A stretch of DNA of 64,000 nt from Rhina ancylostomus (taxonomy: Eukaryota). The notes beneath the pieces are model-generated. The model was given only the letters and a program-made list of their open reading frames with translations, was not told the DNA's origin and made no database searches. The translations under genes were made by a program, and so were the position numbers. How positions within the stretch are numbered: the stretch's first letter is position 1; the number at the start of each line of letters is the position of its first letter. Shown here piece after piece: positions 35,331 through 48,729 of this stretch. Location: assembly GCA_030265395.1 (NCBI GenBank), contig JARFYF010000002.1, forward strand, positions 61,606,850 through 61,670,849, given 5' to 3'.

Positions 35331-37519
35331 AAGTTGGTCTGTGCTGAGTAGGAAGGATTTAGCATGTCAGATGGAAGCCTACTGCTCAGTGGGGTAGTAA
35401 ACTTGTCTGTGAGACCAGTAAGGATTGTCCTATGTATTTGGTTCAATTTGCCATGGAAGGCCAGCCACTGACCAAGTGAAAGCTGCCTTTTTCTTTCATC
35501 GATTGTGTTTCACTTAGTAATGTTTTGCCTCTTTAAGAACCAATTGCAACACTTTTAAACATGAGGCTAGTGATTGCATGGTTCCCCCCCCATTTATTCT
35601 GCGCTAAAACATTTGCATATGTTCAGTGTCTGTGCATTACACTTAATATGTACCCTGAAGATGCAGCCAAATCAATATTCATATTGTTCCAATTTTCCTC
35701 TCCCAGGATGTATAATACTGCTGCCCCTTGCTCGGGTCTGGTAAACTTCCCTACCATCAGAGTTTCTGGTATTTTTCAAGAATTTTAACTTCAATAATTG
35801 CCTGAAAGCACTACTGAAACATTAGTCAATCTCACCCTTTCACCCCTTCACCTGTCTAGCATGTTTTTGTGACCAAAATGTTCTTCTATTCTGTAATATG
35901 AACCCTGGTAATGGTAAGCATACCACCCAACACATTTCCTTCTCAACAAGAGAGTTCATTTTTATACAGATTTTTTTTCCTATGTTTCCTAACACCTGTC
36001 TTAGCTCTATTTGTCATTATAGTCATCGTCACACTGTGCACATCATTCACGTGGATAAATCAGCCCTATCACAAGGACATTGGACTGTCATTTCTAAAAA
36101 TTACATTGTAACAAGTATTTGTTTGCATCATTTTAATGAAAAATTAATTAAGATCCAATCATTGCAACAAGGTGGTGTTGAGAATAATTACCTCACAATA
36201 CAGCTTTGTTATAATTCATTTTCTAATTTGCTGCAATGTTATTTGGTACATAAATATTGAAATTAAATGATTGTGTTCTATTTTACACTGCCCGAAGCTG
36301 TGATGTGAACCAATGCTAATAGACAGTATAGTTTGGACTTGAACTAATTGAATTTCACCCTAGCAACTGTTTTGAACTGATTATTAGTAAAAATGACAGT
36401 GATGCTGATGAACTGTCATATTTTAAGCACTGACATTTTATTAACAGTTTATTTGCAATGCAAATTTGGCTTTCAAAATAACTCTTCATGATGGCAATCC
36501 ATCATAATTTTCTAATGACAAATATAAATTGGATTATCAAATTCATACTCCAGTTTTGGCTTCCACATGCTTGAATAGTTCTGGGAGCTGCTGCTGCCTC
36601 ACTGTTCATCCATGTATATTGGGAAAGTATATTATCTTTTTAAAGGACTGCTGCTGTTTCAAAATGGTACAAAGTAAATACTAGGTAAATAGGCTGTTGT
36701 TGCTCAAAGTCTCACTGATTTTAAAGGTCAAATATTCTGATAAAAATCATTGAAGACAGTTTTGAATTCAATAGACCATGGCATGCTTAAAGCAGTGACT
36801 ATTTGTGTACAGATGAGATTAAGGAGAAATTAAGTTGTCACACATAGCTACCTCACAGTGATGCTGCTGTGCCATATAAATATTTTCCTTGGGAGGCTGT
36901 CAAATGTTTTTTATTTTTTCATTTTCCTCATTCACGCCTTCAATTTCATTTAAAAATTTGTTCTTGGCTCATCTGATCACACTGAGTGTTGGTGATACTT
37001 TATAAAATCACAGTACATTGGTCAATTACATTTCTATGAAATACTTTTCTCTTGTATATTCATGAATTTGGAATGAAAATTACATTTTTATTTTGCTACG
37101 ATGCAGACCCCAAAGCTGTCACATTCACTGATGGTGATATTGGGTTGGCCAGTTCTGAAATGCTCTACCTGAATTTATATTCCCAGGGAAAGGAATGACC
37201 GATTTATGCTGAGTACATAATTGGGAGTAAATCTGATTTATCTCCTATTTCACCCCTTCACTGAAGTTTAAATCCAGCTGTTCCTTAACATTGTAGATTT
37301 TGTGTATGTTCTGTAACAATATTCTGAAAAGATTTTCATAGTGTCAAACTTTTTTGTATTGGGTGGTTTTCCTACCTTCATATGGCTCCTCGTGTTTGTG
37401 AAGGATTTACTCATCATTCAAAAGATGACTAGAAATTCTTCTGGTACCCTCACCAACTTTCCGTGATTATATTTGGACCTTATTCACAAAAGAGTACCTG
37501 CACCTGCGTACAATGAGTA

Positions 37520-37890
37520 CAATTCACAAAGGAGCTGGAGGAGCTCAATGGGTCAGACAGTATCTAATGAAGGAAATGACCAGTTGACAATTTGGGTTGA
37601 TACCCTTCATCAAGACTGGAAAGAAAGAGGGCAGATGGCCAGTATAAAAATGTGGGGGGGGGAGCAAGAGCTGGTGGGTGATGGGTTGGTCCAGGTGAGG
37701 GAGGGGGGGAGAGTGGGAATGATGCAAGACGCTGGGAAGTNNNNNNNNNNGTTAGGTGGAACTGAAGAAGATGGAATCGGATAGGAAAAGGCAGTGGAGC
37801 ATGGAATAAAGGGAAGGAGGTGGGGAGGAGAACCAGTGGGAGGAATGTGTGGGTGATGCAGATGGTGGGGGAGGGGAAAGAGATAGGTGA
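37520..37890 (-). mobile_element. Penelope-like element 3' region with decayed hammerhead motif
   Basis: 37581-37618 reads on minus CAGTC-TTGATGA-AGGGT(ATCA)ACCC-AAAT-TGTC-AACTG; G-rich flank typical of the family. Confidence 0.7.
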
Positions 37891-38516
37891 TGTCTCCAGC
37901 GATTACAATCTCATTAGTTGTAAGATTCCTCTCGAGGCTCTGAGAATGTCAAAGAACACTCTATTGATGCAAGTGCTTTATTTCTTACCATCTTGCATCC
38001 TTCACAAATTTCATTGGTCTTTACCAGTTATATAATGTGCAACAAGTAAGTTAAGAGCAATTTTATCTTGGATACCAAAAAGCCTCTTAGGTAGCCAAGA
38101 AAGCCCAGGTCCAAAAACTAACCTAGCATCCACCAAAGAAGGTTCACAATAATTTGGCTGCTGTTTCCACATGTCCTTGCTTTTAACACCAACAGAGGTA
38201 AGAACTCATTGATGAGTATTCTGGAAGCTGGTTAAAGCCATGCTTGGATTTCACTGGTCATGTTGCTGGAAATTGCCTACCTGCACCATCAAAGATGATA
38301 TTAAGGAATGTCAAGTGCATTGCATTGGGTACCTTGTGAAGATTTTACACTCTATCAACTCTGCAGATTTTACTTGATAAAGACCATTCTTGTTTGGGAT
38401 ACTCACTTTGGAGGAAAACACAAGACCTGGCAGAACAGCAAAAACTCTTGTAGGTGATAAGGACAAGAAGAAAGTAAAGTAGAATCTTTCCCTCGCAGCC
38501 CTGAAAGTGCAGGAAA

Positions 38517-38630
38517 TTTTCCATTGGGGACACCTCCGAGCACCTGTATGATTTCTCTCTCAACTCACTAACCTTTTCCAGCGGGGTCATGGCTGAGAAC
38601 CTGTAAGACTTCTCTCTCAACTCCTGAACC
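38517..38630 (+). repeat. Tandem duplication, 2 x 57 bp
   Basis: 38517-38573 and 38574-38630 align without gaps at 44/57 positions. Confidence 0.85.
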
Positions 38631-40189
38631 ATCCAGAAATTTTCTAAACTCTGTTGGCTATTGTAGTTACCAATTTAAGTGGAAGAAGGTGTATTGTGGC
38701 TATAGGTACTATAGTTGTACCTAATGTAGCTTGTGTATTGTGGCTATAGATATTAAAGCTGCACCTAATCAGTGATTTGAGACTTGCAGGGAGATCAGTA
38801 GCCAAGTTGTTGCAGAACTGTGTGCCAATGTTAAGCATTTAACCTGGTATATATTTTTACTAGGCACTCAAAGTGGCCGCTTTGGCCTTTCCTCATAATA
38901 TTGCCATCTTGTTTTACTAGCAATTAATTTATTCTATGTGCCTGCAAATGAACCTAACTTTGTATGCATGTGTGAACCCTTTGTTTAAAATACAAATTAT
39001 GCATGTTCATGGATGATAATTCAATGGTGCAGATACTATATTGATTAAATACTCGAGTTTCAAGTAGGAATAGTAATGGTGAAGATAATTTCTGAAGAGT
39101 TGACTTACAGTCATCAACTCTGTTGACCTTGTAGTTAATGTAGGTTGATTACAAATGATTGATTAATAAAATGATAGGGATATTTTAATACACTGACTCT
39201 CCAGTGTGTTTTAAGACCTCTACAATAAAGGCTGTGAAACATATGGTACTAATGACATGTTTCTCTGTTGGGGACTGAGAGACAAGAAAAGTACTACCTC
39301 CTATCCACTATCAAGGACGATACACATACTTCCAGCTGTTACAATTACAATGACAGTATCATACCATGTATGGCGTTGGTAAACTGTTAGAAAGCATCAT
39401 TTAAAGGTCGATTCAATCTTTTATATTGTGGGTGTAAAAGTATAAGGTTACTTTTTACTGTTGTTTTTCTTGCACTTGTCCAACTGTACAGAACTGCCAC
39501 TTTCAGAATGTGAAGGAAGCTTGATATTTGAAGATCATGACAGATGAGTTGGCATTTCTGCAGAGATCATGAGGTTATTCCTTGAATTTGAAATAAACTG
39601 GTATTTTCACAGGCAAGTTGCGATTTTAATACGTTCTGGGGATGAAGTTGAAGTAAGCATTTTCTGGTCAACCAAATTATGAGATAAAAAGGTTGATCAC
39701 CTAACAAATTGCTTGTACGTGATCTCGTACTGGTGACTTAACTATAGCAAAGTAATGGACCAGTAGAAATGTAGTGAGACGATCAAATGTCGATGTGAGT
39801 AAGACTTGAGGTTTCACTGTTGTGGTCAGACATTTTTGCAGGAATAAATGCTTTAGAATAAGATAATGAGGAAAAACCAGAGAGTACAGCCTGGACACAA
39901 ACACCAGTTTGTAGGTCACCCAGAGAAATTGTAGTCATCAGGATTTCTTTGCTCAGGAAAGTGGATTGCTTTATGTGTCATAAGGGCTATGCTGTCAGGA
40001 TAATGAGTTATTTACCTGCAGCTGGGGCAGTATAGATTGAGGCAAGTTTAGAAAGAAAAATTCTTAAGGATTTGCCAGTAGTCCGTTACAAAGGGATAAA
40101 TGACATAGGGGCAGGGGAATAGAAAACACAGAAGCTTTAAAAATGCATGTGAAATTAATTCAGAGCTCAACTCAGATTCGAAAGCAAAG

Positions 40190-40560
40190 TAATGCTAAAT
40201 AATAGCAAAATATTCTCAATGTCAGATGGCATCTGCGAAGAAGAAAAGCAATTAAATGTTTTGGTCAATGATCTTTTGTCAGAGCTGGGAAATGTTACAA
40301 TGAAATGTTTTTATGTTGCAGAGAAAGTGGAGAGAGGCAGATAGAACACGAGGGCAGGGCTGTGACTGGGTGGACTCCAGGAGAGAACAGGCAACACAAG
40401 TACTGATGGTGCCAGCTGAAAGAGAGTGATAAAGGCTACTGAATAACAGAAGGGAAGTCTGAGGGAAGTGTAAATAGGAGGAGACAACTGAAATCTGTTT
40501 ATGCCAGACAAAGAGAATTGGGGGGGGGGGGGGAAAGACTGAATGCTGGAAATATGATAC
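40190..40560 (-). mobile_element. Old Penelope-like 3' fragment
   Basis: ggcatctgcgaagaagaaaagcaattaaatgttttggtcaatgatcttttgtcagagctggg...gttgcagaga parallels 3980-4085. Confidence 0.55.
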
Positions 40561-41039
40561 ACAAGGCTGGAATGGCTGTTTGGCCAAAAATGCTGAAGCA
40601 AAGTCATGCTCCCTCGTCTATAAGTGGGAATTGGGAAAAGGGGAGTTCATCAGTAAAAGATGATTTAGTAGCAAATGATGTGCTGCAAGAACAATAATAG
40701 GTACCTTCATAAATAAGTGGGAACCCTTCCAGAACAAAAGCACTGTTGGAAGAATGATAATACTTAATCAAGTGGGGACAGAAAGGCTAGCTGGGGGCAA
40801 TGATGGGAAATTATTTAAACTGGATACCATTTGGAATTTGAGCTGAAATTGACTGTGGGGATAGAATGTAGTCTCCTGGTTGCTTGAGGTACAGACATTC
40901 AGAGAGATGCATGTGAATTGAGAGACCAGGAAGTGCTATTTATTGGGCACAATGAGGAAATCTGCAGTAGGATGGTTGGTCAGACCGTGTGTTGTCTCCG
41001 ATCCTGTCTGACATTTTGAATTGGATGAGCCGCAGTTAC

Positions 41040-41670
41040 CTGCATTTAAAAATATTTGAGAGACTGATCTGATCGTTTTCAGTACCTGCCACAAACTCTG
41101 CAGCCTTGCTATTGGTTTCTTTCCCCTTCCCAGCCAGCCAGTATCTGGAGCTCAAACTGACTATTCCCAACTCTTCTGTCCTGTTCACTTGAGAGCTGAG
41201 TTTCCATCCCAAAAACCTTCCTGTCACAAAGGCCACCTATTTTCACTTTTATATCGTTCACTTGCCTCTGCTCTGGGCTCTGACCAATGATCCCCGAGTC
41301 TCCAGAGTTCTCTTATTAACCTGAGACTTAAACTGATTAGCCTCAAAGTCTCCAGCTCATTTAAAAACTCAGAGAATGATTGGATATGGGTTGCAAAGTC
41401 CCACTCACCCATCACCCATCCATATTGATATACACTGGTTCCTGTTCCGCATGTAGCTCTGTTTTAAAATGGTATGCCTGCTTTTAAGCTTCCCTGTCTT
41501 TCAGCCCCGGACTTTCTCAGAAATTCCCATTACCTCATTCCACTGATACTTGGTTCTTGTGCATTTCTCCCCCAACTCCACCATGGTTATAACTTCAACA
41601 GTTTACTTTATACTTTATAATTCCCTTCCTAAACTTCTCTGCTTCCATTTCCTCCTTTGTTCATAAGACT
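41040..41670 (+). mobile_element. Degenerate L2-clade LINE ORF2 C-terminus
   Basis: Piecewise LQLI.NS, KSHSPIT, IHWFLF, FK: resembles the L2 motif LQL.QN.AA...HITP.L..LHWLPV...FK. Confidence 0.65.
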
Positions 41671-44164
41671 GGGGCATGAATTTTTAGGCTTCTATTTTTG
41701 TTCCACCGAGGAACGTAAGCTAGGTTATTGCCATTGTTTTGCAAACTTGGATATTTTCAGTTATTTGGGAAAAGAAATCCTTGGCATATGCATCAATTTT
41801 CTTTTTTTTATAATAAATTTTTACAACTGAATTTGTAATAACAAATAATACCTGGATATCTTAAAGTCATCCATTGCTGCCTGTAATTTTATAATCCAGG
41901 TTTGTTTGCTCTTTTCAACTCTCTGCCTTCCCCAAACCTAGAGTCACCGAATCACATCAGTGATCAAGATATTCTATTATGTGTTCACAACAAATGCAAT
42001 TGATCTTTATTCAATGTAGTAAAATGCTGCATTCCTAAAATAAGGTGTATTATTGGTATTAAAAAACATAGCGTTTCATTGGCATCTACTGCAGTTTACT
42101 GTCAGACATATTTGATGTTCTGACTAAAGCAAAAACACCAAATTGTTTGAGTTGGTTTTTATCACTCTTAGTTAAAAAATTTTTAAAAGTCAAACTACTT
42201 TTTTTCCCCTCTGAACGGTTCAATCTTTAGTCATGATATCCATTTTAGTTTTATCAGGCATTTTGCAATGATAAAGATGAAATGGATTTAAGCATGTCCA
42301 TGATCTAATAAAAACGCAATGCAATTGTAGGATATGGCATAATTCTTTTGAAACAAGAAAGTAAAATTCGTGAAAACTTACATTAAAACAAAAAAATCTA
42401 AGTAATTCTTTGCCTCAGTCTTTCACACTGGCTAATGAGATGAGAGTTCATGAACATGATCTACAATAATATACATAATTTACTCATCCTCAAGTCTGAA
42501 ATATGACATTTGGTGAGATATTGCAGCATGAGTTGATGCTATGTCAGAACATCACATGCCTCTGATTATTGTAATAATACAGTGAACTGTAGAAGATGCT
42601 GAGTGACTGTCAAATCTCCATTTCTGCTGATAATGGAGGGCATAGGTGAGAGTAATCTAACTGTCATAGCCAGCAGGTTGTTATTGGCTGCTAGGTTTTC
42701 CATGATGGGATAGTGATACTGGCTCAATGTCATTTGAATGGGTCCATTACTTTGTGCTGTGAATACTCGACAACCACTTAATCTGTCATAACTAAAAATC
42801 TAGGAGTATGACAAATGGCCTGTCTTATAGGTGCCAGATACTTTAACAGCTACAATATTTCCTCTTTTTTTTGATAATAGTACTCTTGTGTCTGCAACAA
42901 AAAAATTCATTTTACTCATTGCTGTTAAAACGTTTCAAGTCTTTTTTACAGAATTAATTGTCTGTCTCTTGGCAGCATGTGAAAATTTCACTGCAATATT
43001 TTTTACTTAATTTGGGAATTTTGTATCTTTGTGCAATACATGGGATTGTATTTTATTGAATGATAATTCCCAATGATTTTACATTGACCCATATTGATGA
43101 CAGTGATTTATATTTTCAGGATAAGCAAGGCTTGATATATTAAAGCAGCTAAGCAGTGGTTTTCAGAGTGTAAGTGATCTCATTCTGCCCTGGGTAGAGG
43201 TTGCAATTAGATTCATCCATATCTTCTTGATCTTGCTTCTGGCTTTTCTGTCAGGCATCTCCTAGATTCTGTCTGAACCTACCAAGGGCTCTGCAGTCCT
43301 AATAATCCTATCATTACTTTACTTCTGGCCTTTCACTGTCCAGTTACAGAGAGAACACTTATTTCAGATGGGCTCTGACTGCTCAGACTCTGGTCTTCCT
43401 CTTCCTCTGACATCAGTTTTCCCAATTTAGTTGCTACAGCCCACTTCAGAGTGTTTCTTTTTCTCTCCACTTATCCACTTTCAATTAAATATTTTTTTTT
43501 ATAATTGTTCCACCCACTCACTCCTTGTTACGAACATACCCTGTTTTTCCTCCTCCCATCTTCCTCACCTGCCCTCCCCCCAAAAAAAACCCTGCAGTTT
43601 GAAAACCTAGACTTCACCTTATCTGTTTTTCCTCACTGCAATTGGATGCAGGTTTCCCCACACAGAGAAACATGACTTGGAAGTGAAGAATTGTGCCATC
43701 CTTCATGATTCACGAGAGGGTGCAATATCATTGGCCCTTCCTCCATCTCCTGTCGACAGAATGACCTTGGTTCCTATCTGAATTAATTCAGCTAATAGTT
43801 TTTAATTTGGCTGGCTTTTAATTATCTTTTTTTTTCCTCTTTTCTTGTCTGCTAATAACTATTCCCTCCCCTACCCCCAAAATATCTTGCACTTTATTTT
43901 AAATGTCATCTGCTAGAATCCATGACCCGGGGGGGTTTTCAAGAAGCAGCATAATTTTTCCACAGTAATAAAATATACAAATGTTTTAAACTTGCCTGTT
44001 TTAAAGTGGATTCTTAAAGGAATAAAATTATCTATTATAAAGGTGTGATTTTATTTTGTTATATTTAATGTATTTAAATGTTGCAATTAAAATCCTTGGA
44101 ACTCCTACAATGCTAAAATTTCTGTTCTTTGGCTCTGTTTTCTTTTGTTTTTTTTGATGATCAC

Positions 44165-44540
44165 TGATACCATTCTGAGTCAAAAGGCTGAGGATTTGGA
44201 AACTTAAGCACAATAAACACTTTTGACACCGCGCTACACAGGCTGTTGTCTTTTAGTTGAAATCTAAAAAAGTTGCTCTATCAGATGGATGCAAAGAAAC
44301 CCTTTGGCACTAGTTTTGAAGCACAGCAGAAGCTGATAACTCCAATGACCAGAACAATATCAGTCCCTCAATCGACATCATAACAACAGCTTATCTCATC
44401 ATGATCGTGTTGCTATTTTTGCAAATTGACTCCTTTTATTAAAACAGTGGCTACAATCCCAGAGTATTTAATTGACTGTAAAGTGGCTTGAGATGGCCAA
44501 AGAGGGTGAAAGGAACAATAGAAATGCAAGCCTTGTTTTT
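44165..44540 (+). mobile_element. DeuSINE (SacSINE1-like)
   Basis: Head tctgagtcaaaaggctg, core cagatggatgcaaagaa...ggcactagttttgaag, tail taattgactgtaaag...gtgaaagg...atagaaatgcaag. Confidence 0.75.
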
Positions 44541-45951
44541 GCATAAAGGTATTTTGCTATTAATTACTATGTAGGCTGAAATGATTCAAGGATTTACAAT
44601 TTGTAATCTACTAGTAATGCTGGTTGTAAGATCACACTATGGTCAGATTGACACTGTCTTCATGATGGATTGATATCAAAATCTTGTTTGATCACTCCAC
44701 AAACCCTGAATGCTAGTTACAAAATCAATATCTGAATTTAATTTTTCACAAGTAAATCAAATTTTAGAGGAATCCAGCATTGCTATAATTGAAAGGCATC
44801 TTGGATCCGTACATTTTGAATAAACAAGTCAAGAACTATTACTAGCGTAGGTACTGGGGTAAATTATTGATGTGAGAATAATTGCGAAATGGTGTTAGGT
44901 AAGAATAATAGCAAAACCTTGGCCGTTGCATGAAGATGTGATGAAGTGGAGTTGGTTGCACACACAATTTGCCTGGATTCCCCATTTCCTGATACATTCC
45001 TAATTTTGGATCTGGAAGCCTGAATCTGCTGATCAAGAGCATTCTACAGCTGATAACTGAACCCTTGCATGATGACAAGACCTCAAATGAGGTAATTGGG
45101 TCATGTATCTGGGCCAGAATAAGCCCTGCCTATGAAACTACTGATGAAACCTTTGAAAGAATAAAAAGCCACATCCCCATCCCACACCTTTAGCCCTCCA
45201 CCCTGCCCCTGATTTGTCACCTGTCAATCCTTTCGAATACTTCCATGTCCACCTGATGTCCAGAAGGAATCCAAAAAAAATCTAAGAAGTAAAATACACA
45301 AAAACACAATTTAATAACTTCACTGCAAGCATAAGCAATTTAAAGAAAAAGTTGCTGTTAATTTTTGAGATATGATATCTTTCTTGAAATAAATGGGTTT
45401 GTACATCCTATACCTGATCTAATGGCCTGTAGACATTTNNNNNNNNNNNNNNNNNNNNNNNNNNNNNNNNNNNNNNNNNNNNNNNNNNNNNNNNNNNNNN
45501 NNNNNNNNNNNNNNNNNNNNNNNNNNNNNNNNNNNNNNCTATACCTGATCTAATGGCCTGTAGACATTTATTCTTTGCTCTTGAGAACTTTGGTATGAAT
45601 CAATACATATTAGTCAGGGGAATTGGATATGCCATGACTTCAAGGTGCCAGCCAAGCAACAGATGGCCAAGACTGAGAGCAATTGTATGGGAATGCAAAG
45701 TCATTTATAGCAACTGCCTGGAAAGCAAACACAGCAGATTCTTACAATTTCTGGGACGTTATCAGGGACGTATCCCAAAGCCCAAGACAAAAGCAGCAGT
45801 GCTTGATGCTCAGCTGTTCCTTAACTACAGAGAGCACAAAAAGCAGGCACTTGCCATAACAATGGCAAAGAGTAAGATAGAATTTAGAGTTGTGCACGCA
45901 AGTTTCTACTTATAAGGGACTTGGGTAGGCACAGAGCAAGATTCCAAGGTA

Positions 45952-46105
45952 GAACGCAAGAAAATAGGAGCAGAAATAAATCACCTGGTTCCTCAAGCTT
46001 GCCTTGCGGTTCAGTATGATCATGGAAAATGCCAAACTTCAACTCCTCTTCTGTATCAATTTCACTTTGCCCTCAATTCCTCGATCTCTCAAAAACCAAC
46101 CATTT
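45952..46105 (-). mobile_element. CR1 LINE 3' end
   Basis: aagaaaataggagcag...cctcaagcttgcc...cctcaattcctcgatc, the same subfamily tail as 29.1 kb. Confidence 0.7.
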
Positions 46106-46222
46106 ACTACTGTGCTTATGAAGGTTTAGTTATACTGGATCCTTGTGAGAGAAAGAGAGAAGAGATTGCTACACCTCTTCCCTTCCTAATTTTCATGAGA
46201 TTTACTTCTGCANNNNNNNNNN

Positions 46223-46308
46223 GGAGAAGGACATTTAGTATAAATTGGCATCAAGATCGGCACAACATTGTGGGCCAAATGGCCTGTCCAGTGCTGTACT
46301 GTTTTATG
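46223..46308 (+). mobile_element. CR1 3' tail
   Basis: ggcacaacattgtgggccaaatggcctgtccagtgctgtactgttttatg. Confidence 0.75.
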
Positions 46309-46644
46309 ACATCAAACAATCATGTAAGTCCACACACTGGTACTCAAACCTATTTAGCCACATTGTTCTTTAAACCATTTTATTTTCAATTGTGGATTCT
46401 AATAATGGATGGTCAGGGGATTTCTGCAGTTTTTCAGTGGGATTTGTCTTTTAGGGATGGTGACCCTCTAAAATGAACCTGAATGCTGACATTTTCTCCA
46501 GAGTAGATAAGGCTTGTTTTGGGCTTTGGCAAATGTCACTGAACAGCCCCATCACATTTGTACAATTCTTGAACAGTTAAATACATGAAATTTTCTTGTC
46601 ATGAATTCTTTAGCCAATATTAGACGTGATTAAAATCTACAGAT

Positions 46645-46995
46645 GGATGACATGGGCACATCTAGTAGAGCTACTGTCTCTCAGCTCCAGCAACCAGGGT
46701 TCAGCCCTGACCTCTGGTACTCAGTGCTGTCTGTGTGGAGTCTGCACAGTTTCCCCTGTGGACTGTGTGGGTTTCCAGTGGGTGCTCCTGTTTCCTCCCA
46801 CATCCCAAAGATGGATGATTTGGATGTTGAAATCTGCCCCTGGTGTACAGGTGAATGGTAATAATCTTGGTGGGGTGAGAAGATGGGGAGTTGGAAACAT
46901 AGGGAGAAAAAAATGGATTAGTTTAGATGGGTCCTTGATGATCAGCAATGACTCAGTGGACTGAAAGTCCTCGTTCTGTGCTTTGTGATGCTGAG
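46645..46995 (+). mobile_element. HE1/V-SINE-like SINE, near full length
   Basis: Head ctagtagagct...agggttcagccctgacctc, core gggtgctcctgtttcctcccacatcccaaaga, CR1-like tail. Confidence 0.85.
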
Positions 46996-47184
46996 TTACC
47001 ATTATTTGTTTTAACATCTAACTTTGCTTTGGGTGCAGTCATTAAATTGGGTGCAGTTTGTGCCCAAAATGAATAGAAAGATACTGTGAGAGTAAAAGTG
47101 GTTATGTATGTACAGAGTCCTCTTCAGAATCTATTTCTTGACTGTAGTATAATCATTGTGGTGTATATGATGGCCCATGTGCAC

Positions 47185-47497
47185 TACAACCTCCCACAAT
47201 TTGCAACAAGATAACAAACATTTTTTAGTGATAATGTTTGAGAAATAAATGCTGGCCAGATCACTGGAGATGATTCCCATGCTCTTCTTTGAAATGGCCT
47301 GATGAGATCACTTTGCATCGATCTGAGAGAACAGACAGGAGCTCCACTTAACCACTGACTTGAAAGGTAGCACCTCCTTTGGTAATGCATTGGAATGTCA
47401 GCCCAGCTATTTGGGCCTAAGTCTCTGGAGTGGGAATTGAACCTACAACCTTCAGATCTGGAATTGAGATTGCAACAAATGGAACGTAGCTGACAGA
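47185..47497 (-). mobile_element. DeuSINE (SacSINE1-like)
   Basis: ataaatgctggccagatcactgg...tgctcttctttgaaat...gtcagcccag...aagtctctggagtgggaattgaacctacaaccttc. Confidence 0.8.
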
Positions 47498-48729
47498 AAT
47501 CCATGAAANNNNNNNNNNNNNNNNNNNNNNNNNNNNNNNNNNNNNNNNNNNNNNNNNNNNNNNNNNNNNNNNNNNNNNNNNNNNNNNNNNNNNNNNNNNN
47601 NNNNNNNNNNNNNNNNNNNNNNNNNNNNNNNNNNNNNNNNNNNNNNNNNNNNNNNNNNNNNNNNNNNNNNNNNNNNNNNNNNNNNNNNNNNNNNNNNNNN
47701 NNNNNNNNNNNNNNNNNNNNNNNNNNNNNNNNNNNNNNNNNNNNNNNNNNNNNNNNNNNNNNNNNNNNNNNNNNNNNNNNNNNNNNTAAGTGAATTTAAA
47801 ATTTACTGGTTTTGTGAGTCAGAGGTAGCTTCGCTATTAGTGCAAAAGATTGGAGGAATTCAACGTGTAGGCAAATTGTACTTAATTCCCAGGTTTTCTT
47901 TGTTTGGTCTAGTCGCCCTGATTTTGGAGTAACTGCCCAAAAACTAATGCAAGCAAGCAGAAGTTCTGCGGAAATTTGGTGCCTCTTATTGTTTTCTTTA
48001 TTCAAGAAGCTAATTGCTATAGCCATGGGAGCAAGAAACATTTCAGTATTTAGTGAGCAGTTATAAAGTACACATTTCTAGCTTCAGTTTGAGCTGTGAA
48101 GTGGTTCACAAAAACTTTCAATTGATCTCAGCATGAACTAACTTTCTTAACAATTCTGATACTTCAGTGAGACTGCTCTCCAACCAGGGATGCAAAGTGA
48201 CAGGGCTGTTCCATTTTTATATATAAAACAGTTCCTTTGGTCTTGGTATGCACTTGCTCTAGTGTGTGCCTTAAGCATATATGTATCTATACCTGGTTCA
48301 AAAGTAGTAAATTTCTTAGCTACTTAATGCACTTTTCGGAATTTTGTTAAAATGCTGTTTGTCATTACTATTTTTCTTACTGTGCGTCTCCATCTGCGAA
48401 AGTGCAAGCATTTACTGATCTTGCCTTTGTAATGATTGATTTCAGATTTGTGGTTGATTGTCTAATATATCTTTGTGGATGTCAACACTGTTCCAGTTTA
48501 TAAAGTGCAATAGGATTGTATTATCTTGTAACATTTTCTTCTCACTTTAGCAACTGTGCAGAACTGTTTAATTACAGTGTGACATGGAGGTGGGATGCAG
48601 ACATTCCAGCTTTCACCCTTGGTCTCTTTGCAGTTGCAGGGATGGTAATTTGAGTGCAATAGTCTGATTCAGAATCCTGCTGAGAAATTTGCAGGCGGGG
48701 GAGGGGGTGGAAAGTACCATATTCTTGTC

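Noticed and set aside
39492-39655. Exon-like segment after a long pyrimidine tract (LPLSECEGSLIFEDHDR*)
   Set aside because: Stop codons in the frames examined, weak donor context and no independent support.
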